Shown here piece after piece: positions 56,539-64,000 of a DNA stretch of 64,000 bases. Every line of letters starts with the position of its first letter. The first letter of the stretch is position 1. Source of the stretch: Octopus sinensis (Eukaryota); NCBI RefSeq assembly GCF_006345805.1, contig NC_042998.1, positions 130,262,001 through 130,326,000 of the forward strand, in the 5' to 3' direction. Made by a program: the position numbers and the translations under genes. The notes under the pieces were generated by a model, which searched no databases, had not been told where the DNA came from, and saw nothing but the letters and a program-made list of their open reading frames with translations.

Positions 56539-57046
56539 AGTAGCTTGGTTCGCTAGCTGTCGATGCATATCCACCTTTGAAAACTGATAGGAATTTCAAG
56601 TGAAATAAATACACTGATCTACAAAATTAGAAATATTGCATTTCTAAATGTCTCAGAGAGACATATACAATACCAACACGATAAAGTGATGGTTTGTTGC
56701 ACAGGCGTTCAGTTTCCTTTAAAGTCTCTTGTTGCTGGGTTTGCTGGGCGGAGGTGCTTATCTCCCCTGTTTGAAAACTTAAGGACACAGAACGCTTGTG
56801 TCACATAGCCAAATGGAAACGGTGTTTCCTGGGACTAAATAGGAGTAGCATTCTTTCCTTTCCTGTGAGTGCCACATTAAGTTGGCAACAAACCATCACT
56901 TTATCGTTCTGCTACTGTATAAGTCTCTCTAAGAGATTTAGAAATGCAATATTTCTAATTTTGTAGATCAGTGAAACTATTTCACTTAAAACTGTTATAA
57001 GTTTTCAAAGGTGAATAAGCATCGACAGCTAGCAAGCCAAGCTACT

Positions 57047-57087
57047 CCAGACTGCTGAAGAGCAATGACTCTGAAACTAGTCTCTGG
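57047..57087 (+). ncRNA. Minimal type-I hammerhead ribozyme, copy 2
   Basis: CCAGA-CTGCTGA-AGAG-caatga-CTCT-GAAAC-TA-GTC-TCTGG: perfect stems, one core substitution (CUGAUGA to CUGCUGA). Confidence 0.7.
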
Positions 57088-57143
57088 CGCTGGGTTTGCT
57101 GGATAGAGGTGCTTATCTGCCTTGTTTGAAAACTTAAGGACAC

Positions 57144-57187
<44 letters not shown>

Positions 57188-58644
57188 TAGGGATGACATT
57201 GTTGCACAAATAATTAGAGGTACTCATTATTAATTGCTGCTATATTATCCGTTAGATTTTAATGGTGTAATACGCAGATATCACTTTATGCCTATTAAAA
57301 ATGTTAACATATTTACTGAAGTGTAGAAAGTATTTTCCTAACGTCTTTAAAAAGTTCCTAGCCTATACAATCGGATTGAACCATGTGATATTTCTCTTCT
57401 GTAACCAGGTTTTACTCATTTCATTCACACTGAGTTTTACTAGGCCAAAGATTCTTCTGCAGTCGTAGCAGGTGTTATCCACGAATAAAGATTTTTCTCT
57501 GTCTATTTAATACGAATATTTCTCTTAGAATGATGTCTTAAACTTATCAAATGTTCGGATTAGGGGCGCCCTATCTTCATCTTACCTACTTCCTCGCTAT
57601 TATTTTCTTACCAAAGCTACATACATATGCTTACCTAATTAAAAAATCAATAGACGCGTTTATATGGCAAAATAAATAATAAACAGAACAAAAGGAAACC
57701 TTCGTTGCAATTCCCATGCCCCGCCCACAGGATCAATCAAAAATGCCTAAGGGTCTTCGCAAACTGAAAATAGTTTTGCATTCTGAAGAAGGTAACTGAG
57801 CAGCAGTACTTACAGATATAAATATGTTTGTATGTAAGTATATATGTATGTATGCATGCATCTATATATGTATACATGTATGTGTACGTGTGTGCTCGCG
57901 CGTGCGTTTGTTGAAACTCAGTAAAGTGCGAGAGTTCTTGTAGATGAATAATAATATTTTAGTGAACTATTTATTGCATGTCGTTATTGTGAAGTAAAAA
58001 GGGCAATACATTAAGAATTATTTGGAGAGCTGTATTCATAATAGGTAAGAGATATAGAGTAGGAGAAATATTAGATAAGGCAAAGCTGATTTAGAGATGG
58101 GTGAATGGACAGAAATAATGATAAATTGAAATATGAGTATATAAGAAGAAAAATACAATATGTTATATGGAATAATTCAACAGGCCGATAAATATATATA
58201 ATGATAAGTGTTTAGGGAATATAAAGGCAGAGAGGAAGAGAACGGTGGAAATAAAAAAGGGGGAGTGTTAGATATATATGGATTAAAAAGAGTTGATACA
58301 TTGTGAAAAGTACAATAGCATTAATATAACAGAAAGTAAACAGCTATTGTTTGGAATACGAAAATGAAAGATAAAACTCAGCGGGAGAATGTAATACAAA
58401 ATATGTAAACGTTTACAGTGAGTTGGAAGAGATAGCTGGTTACACACATACATACATATGCAAACGCACATTCTTATGAATATGTGCCTACACGTACATA
58501 CATACACACACACACACATACACACATACATATATATATATATATATTTGTGTGTGTGTGTATGAAGAGTGAGGATTGAGAGAGATTTATTAATTGATAA
58601 ATTGCTGACAGATAGCTAGATATATAAATAGATTGTTATAAAAC

Positions 58645-58722
<78 letters not shown>

Positions 58723-59140
58723 GATAGATAGATAGTGAGAGAGATAGAGAGGAGGAGAGAGGAGAATACAGAGAAGAGACACAGAGAGAGGAAGAGAGGG
58801 GAAGAGAGAAGAGAAGAGACTGGAAGAGGGGAAGAGAGAGGAAGAGAGAAGAGAGGGGAAAGATTGAACAGAAAATGTGGTAGGAAGACAGAACTGTCAA
58901 AGGCATGCCGGTGTCGGACATTGAAAAATTACTGTTTATGATGAAAGCGACATTTCTGATTAGATTTTTTCTTTCGCTAACGGCTAAGGATAAAACGCTC
59001 GGCGGCATTTCAGTAGATGAGCCCACCCGTGATGTTTCCTTTGAATCTTCTCCTGTTCCTAGATATCAGGGTTTAGACATGCCACTCTTACCCCTCTCAA
59101 TCTATCTTGCTAGTTCTTTTTATATGGACGTATGTATGTG

Positions 59141-59169
<29 letters not shown>

Positions 59170-59177
<8 letters not shown>

Positions 59178-59209
59178 TCAAATATATATATATACTTATA
59201 TATGTATAT

Positions 59210-59257
<48 letters not shown>

Positions 59258-59300
59258 TATATATATACTCAAATATATATATATACTTATATATGTATAT

Positions 59301-59346
<46 letters not shown>

Positions 59347-59378
59347 TCAAATATATATATATACTTATATATGTATAT

Positions 59379-59400
<22 letters not shown>
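59170..59400. repeat. Higher-order repeat of a compound TA microsatellite (3 copies, about 80-95 bp)
   Basis: CTCAAATATATATATATACTTATATATGTATATATATCTATATCTATATC recurs three times. Confidence 0.85.
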
Positions 59401-59456
<56 letters not shown>

Positions 59457-59529
59457 TCACACACTACACACACACATATATAATGGTAGCTTAGAGTTTG
59501 AAACGGAACAAATGTAGATGTGTATTATT

Positions 59530-60798
59530 TGTTGTTATTATTTTTATCATTAGCAACTTTCAATTTTTGCTTCCAATCCTTGCCGAGTGTCTTCCCAAAA
59601 CGTAGGGCTAAGAAATTCATTGTGAGCCATACTGAACATTTATAAAGTCATGTGACAGAAAAAAGAGGTAGAAGAAAGAGAGAGAGAGGGGGGGAGAGAG
59701 AAAGTAAATGAAAGAAGAAAAAACAAAGAAAATAAAGGGAAAAGGAAAGAAAATTCACAGCGACAATGCTCTTCTTAATACGCTAATGTATGAGAGAAGA
59801 CAATCTTTTGCACATTCTGCATGGATGATAAGCCAGGGATCATTCTCAAATATTTCTCAGTTCTTTATTTGATCATCCCAAGTTCTCCTACAATCACAGC
59901 TATTGTAACCGTCTTAGGTGTCACATTTTTTCGATTTCAGTCAGCAAATCTCTATATTTTCTAGCTTATCAAATTCTCTTGCCGAAATATTATGATCATA
60001 ATGTATGCTCATGTCAATCAATAGAGAGATTTCATTGTTTTAGTCTTTCACAACAATATCGATGGTTCGGTCATTATGTATTGGAAAGACCGAAAGCGTC
60101 GTTGCATTTTCTCCATCAATTACAGCCTCAGTCTGGTGCTTCTATCAATTATCAGCAATTTTGATTTTATAATACCGATATATAATCCAGTGTAGATATT
60201 GGTCAACTCTGTCATGCCTTCATTTATACTCTACAGGTGCTAAAACCTTACATCCAGAGATTAGATGGTCCAATGTTTCAATATTATCATCGCAGAATCG
60301 GTAATTTCGGTCTCCTCCAGTTTTCATCATATTGGCTTGGTAGTACTGTGTCAATAAGCTCTGATCTTGAGCAGCCAAGATACATCCTTCGCTCTCTACC
60401 TGAGCTCTGTAATCACTAATAAGTGTGCTTCTGGTCTACATCAGCTTGTGTGCTATGGGTCACATGCAGAGGTCTTTGTTCCCGACTATCAGCCAATTGT
60501 TCGAATGATTTTTCTTTGCTATTTGATTTCACCTTCTTTGCAGCATCAGTTGCGCACTGGCATTATGTTGCTTAACCTGGGTATTATTCATGAACTCATT
60601 AGTGAATTTCTTGCTCTCCTTATTGAGAGAATGATGCTTATTACGTCTTTCATGGTTTTCAACTAGTGTTATTATCCAGTCGTTAGATGTTTCAAGATAT
60701 TTAGTCAGCCCAGTTGCGGTATTTTTGAAAGAGATTTCAAATGAGATCAAGCCTCGATATCCTTGGGCTCTCGGAAGGCAAAGACGATCTGCATCAGC
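59530..60798 (-). mobile_element. R4/Dong-group RLE retrotransposon 3' fragment
   Basis: ADADRLCLPRAQGYRGL, LAAQDQSLLTQYYQANMMK, FCDDNIETLDHLISGCK, RHDRV, LLIDMSI, IVGELG; stop 59755-59757; TAA/CAA-like tail. Confidence 0.85.
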
Positions 60799-60940
60799 AT
60801 AATAACATAAAAAAATACAGAATTAGTGTACTGTGTAAACGATATGGGTAGGAATGAAAGAATTTCGCTACTGTTTATACAGGCAAAGGCCTGTATATCC
60901 TGTGAATATGAGCAGGGCGACAAGAAATCAACATCTATGT

Positions 60941-61132
60941 CTGTGGTAGTTCCCAACCTGGGGTCCGCAAAAATATTACTTGATGTCCGTGAACTAAATA
61001 CTAAATTTCATATATATAGATACATATAAGGATAAGCATATTAAAAGGGGTCCAAAGGAAAGCACATTTACATAAAATGGTTGGGTTGGGAGCCACTGTT
61101 GGGAACCACTGTGAAAAGGTTCGGAACCACTG
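60941..61132. mobile_element. hAT (Charlie-type) MITE
   Basis: Left CTGTGGTAGTTCCCAACCTGGGGTCC, right AAAAGGTTCGGAACCACTG; flanks ATCTATGT / GTCTAAGA resemble the NTCTAGAN target. Confidence 0.6.
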
Positions 61133-62811
61133 GTCTAAGATATACTAATCCATAAACGATAACTGTTCCTTAGGAAATATATTCATTTGACGCTGTATTA
61201 CAGATGTAATACTAGTACTACGGGCGGATGTCAGACCAACCCATTTACTACTGAAAAAAGTAGGGGCCGAGTAAAAACTCGTCCGCCACCTGACACAATT
61301 CCCATGCCAAGGCTATCGTGTCAACCTCTTTGCAGCAACACCACAATAATTAAATCTATTATCAAAATATAAAGATAATTAAGAAACATAATACAAGAGT
61401 AAAACCTAAGAACGGCACATTTAATACAATATAATTGCAATTGAAAGTAACTAACCAATGATTCATAATTTTATCCTCAAATGTAGTTTTGTACTCTCTA
61501 GGCCTTTTTTGTGTGAACCTGAATATCGTCTCACAAACCACTTGCAAATATGGAATGCCATTCTTAGGGTCACCGAGAAACCGATTGATTTATCTTTTGA
61601 CTAAATGATTGTTTCAATAACCGAATATTCAGTTCATTATTTCGTGGGTTATTTGACTAATAATAATAATATTATTCAGGGACATTGAAGACATTCGCGT
61701 ATCTTAACGGTAAAGCTTCCAGTTTACAATGTTTCAACACACCATACATGCATACGCATGCACATGTATGCATATTAATGTAGGTGTATGTATTTACACA
61801 TTGTACACTTTTTGTGCATTATCTTTATATGCGAGTGGGTAACATTTAATATGAAGCAAAATATGAATTGTCACAATGAAATGTAAGTGAGTGGGAACAT
61901 GTTTTATTATTATTACTTCACATCCAGCAAAAAAGAAATGATTCACTAAACCATATTTCACGTGCACGTACACCTCCATTTTGAAGTTACACAGCTCATA
62001 TAGCCGTATAAATTCCTTTATATACATATAGATATATGAATGTTTTAAGGGAAGAGAGAAAGAGAATAACTAAGTGTGATAATATTAAGGAATATTATCT
62101 CAAATGAATAAAGCCTTACCTTCAATGGATACCGATGTAATTTTTTATGATTTGGTTCAAGTTAACATCCAATTATTTGCATTGCAAATGCAAATAAAAA
62201 TCCTACACACTGAATCACTTCCGAAATTCTAAGCTGTGTAAAAAGAAAAACAACTTTTTTCTGAAAATATGCACCTTGTAAAATGTTTTAGCATAATGCA
62301 CTGGAGTTACATGCTTTTAATTACATCCTATTTCACTGCAACGAGACTGCATCCAAATACAATTTTTATTTTGAAGATGTGCCTCAAATTTCCGTTCAAC
62401 GCTGTGACCCACAGAATAAAGCGGAGTGTGGAACTCTGATAACAATATTCTAGATTATTATGTAGTCATTGCTTTGTGGCTTAGAAACGTTGCAATTATT
62501 TTATGTACGACATTAAATCTCAGATAACTACTATATACGCAGCCAATTCATAAGAACGTAACGTTTGGCTGATGTAAACACCGAATATGCGTATATATAT
62601 ATATATATATATAATATAAATTAGAGATAAAACAATTATTATGCAACTCAAACATTGATAGACATAAACCAACACATAAATAACAAATAATAAATATTTT
62701 TATAAAACATATAACTTATAACTAGATCTCAAAAAGTATAAAAATGAATGATCAATATGTAACATATTAATTATTAATTAATTAATTAATTATAATATAT
62801 TAGTTAATTAT

Positions 62812-62990
62812 ACTCCCTTGACTGGAACCCAGAGGAGAAGGGAAAAGAGGGGCGACCAAAACAGTCTTAGTACAGCAGTGTTAACGTAGAGGTGAGGGCA
62901 GCTGGATTGACGTGGGCCGAGCTGAAGACAATCCTTCAGAAGCGCGACCGTTTAAAAAATGCTGTTCCCCGAGGAATCAAGAGGCTTAAG
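62812..62990 (+). mobile_element. RTE-clade LINE 3' terminal fragment
   Basis: LDWNPEEKGKEGRPKQS...GLTWAELK...RDR matches the RTE C-terminal WNP...GRPK...TW..L pattern. Confidence 0.65.
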
Positions 62991-63004
62991 AGGAAGCTCA
63001 AGAT

Positions 63005-63068
63005 CTCTTCCCAGGAACTGTAGTCACTACGTCATGATTGTGAGCCCGACCGTCTAATCAGTGAGCTA
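63005..63068 (-). mobile_element. Truncated SINE family A head
   Basis: Minus strand TAGCTCACTGATTAGACGGTCGGGCTCACAATCATGACGTAG matches family A heads. Confidence 0.6.
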
Positions 63069-63185
63069 TAAATATGTTTATATATGCATACACACATTTA
63101 CATATAAATACACATAGATATGCTTACATATGGTGTTCCAGCATGACTGCAGTCAAATGAATGAAGCAAATAAAAGAATATATAT

Positions 63186-63227
<42 letters not shown>

Positions 63228-63228
63228 A

Positions 63229-63368
<140 letters not shown>

Positions 63369-63369
63369 G

Positions 63370-63665
63370 CAGGCAAGCCCGTTACAAGGCGACTGAACTG
63401 GGCTGTGGAGACTAACGTTACTGATGCGGCAAAGCAAAGGGAAAGGCCAAAAATTCCATTGCTGAAGTTGCAGGGAATACCAGTAGGTCACTTCGGTTAG
63501 AAAGTGCTGACCAGTGTTTTGCTCTCACTGGGATGCAAGCTGGCACTTGATGAACCAATTCTGTTTTCATTGGGTGAGGGTAGATTCTGCTGAAAGTACC
63601 TAAAGAAGCCGACGCCCCAGAACATCACTGGTGATGCACCTTAGAGCATCCCTGAGGTGAATCTT
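63370..63665. mobile_element. Unclassified GC-richer interspersed repeat abutting (GATA)n
   Basis: Abrupt GC rise with no recognisable ORF or Pol III boxes. Confidence 0.25.
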
Positions 63666-64000
63666 GGAACAGAAAAGAAACATTGATACGCTATAATGAT
63701 CGATATATTTGGTAGATTAGATAGATCTGTTTATTATATCAGTATTTGATAGTCTACTTTACGTTTGACTCTCCGGGTTATGGTGTTGACTGCATAGTAC
63801 TTTAGTACTTTGTACATTAGTACTTTGTTTCTTTCCTTTCCTTTATATTTATGCCAGCTTTGCCATTCCTCCCTTGCAGTTGCTATGCAATGTCTGAAAC
63901 GCTAAAAAAGATAAATAAAACAGGTGATCAACCTGTGCCTGTACGACCAAAGGAATATCGAAACACATTTGGTTAACTGCCGGGTTAAACACCTTCTACT

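Larger units (their letters stand above)
56267..57147. mobile_element. 356-bp hammerhead-containing monomer in tandem + inverted array (retrozyme or PLE pseudo-LTR)
   Basis: Period 356 measured twice (56267 vs 56623; 56724 vs 57080); left arm 56267-56700 and right arm 56724-57147 are inverted relative to each other. Confidence 0.85.

Overview
AT-rich, microsatellite-saturated animal genomic DNA. The tRNA-headed SINE families and repeat load look like a coleoid cephalopod such as Octopus (inference, no database check). I found no intact protein-coding gene; most of the ORF track is translated (TA)n/(CA)n/(GATA)n/(CAT)n repeats. Real content: (1) many retroelements: a young CR1-group LINE (8629-11560), a decayed Penelope-like element (19230-22160), a near-complete HERO-like RLE element (43928-47110), three R4/Dong-like RLE relics, an RTE tail, several PLE tails and tRNA-derived SINEs; (2) DNA elements: a non-autonomous Helitron, a hAT transposase relic and three MITEs; (3) two decayed intronless receptor genes on the minus strand that the ORF track shows only as scraps: a Toll-like receptor (about 26250-31500) and a class-B/adhesion/Methuselah-type 7TM receptor (about 16600-19170); (4) the most striking structure, a 356-nt non-coding monomer delimited by a minimal type-I hammerhead ribozyme, in tandem-plus-inverted arrangement (56267-57147), i.e. 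a retrozyme or PLE pseudo-LTR candidate. All family calls come from motifs read by eye in manual translations.
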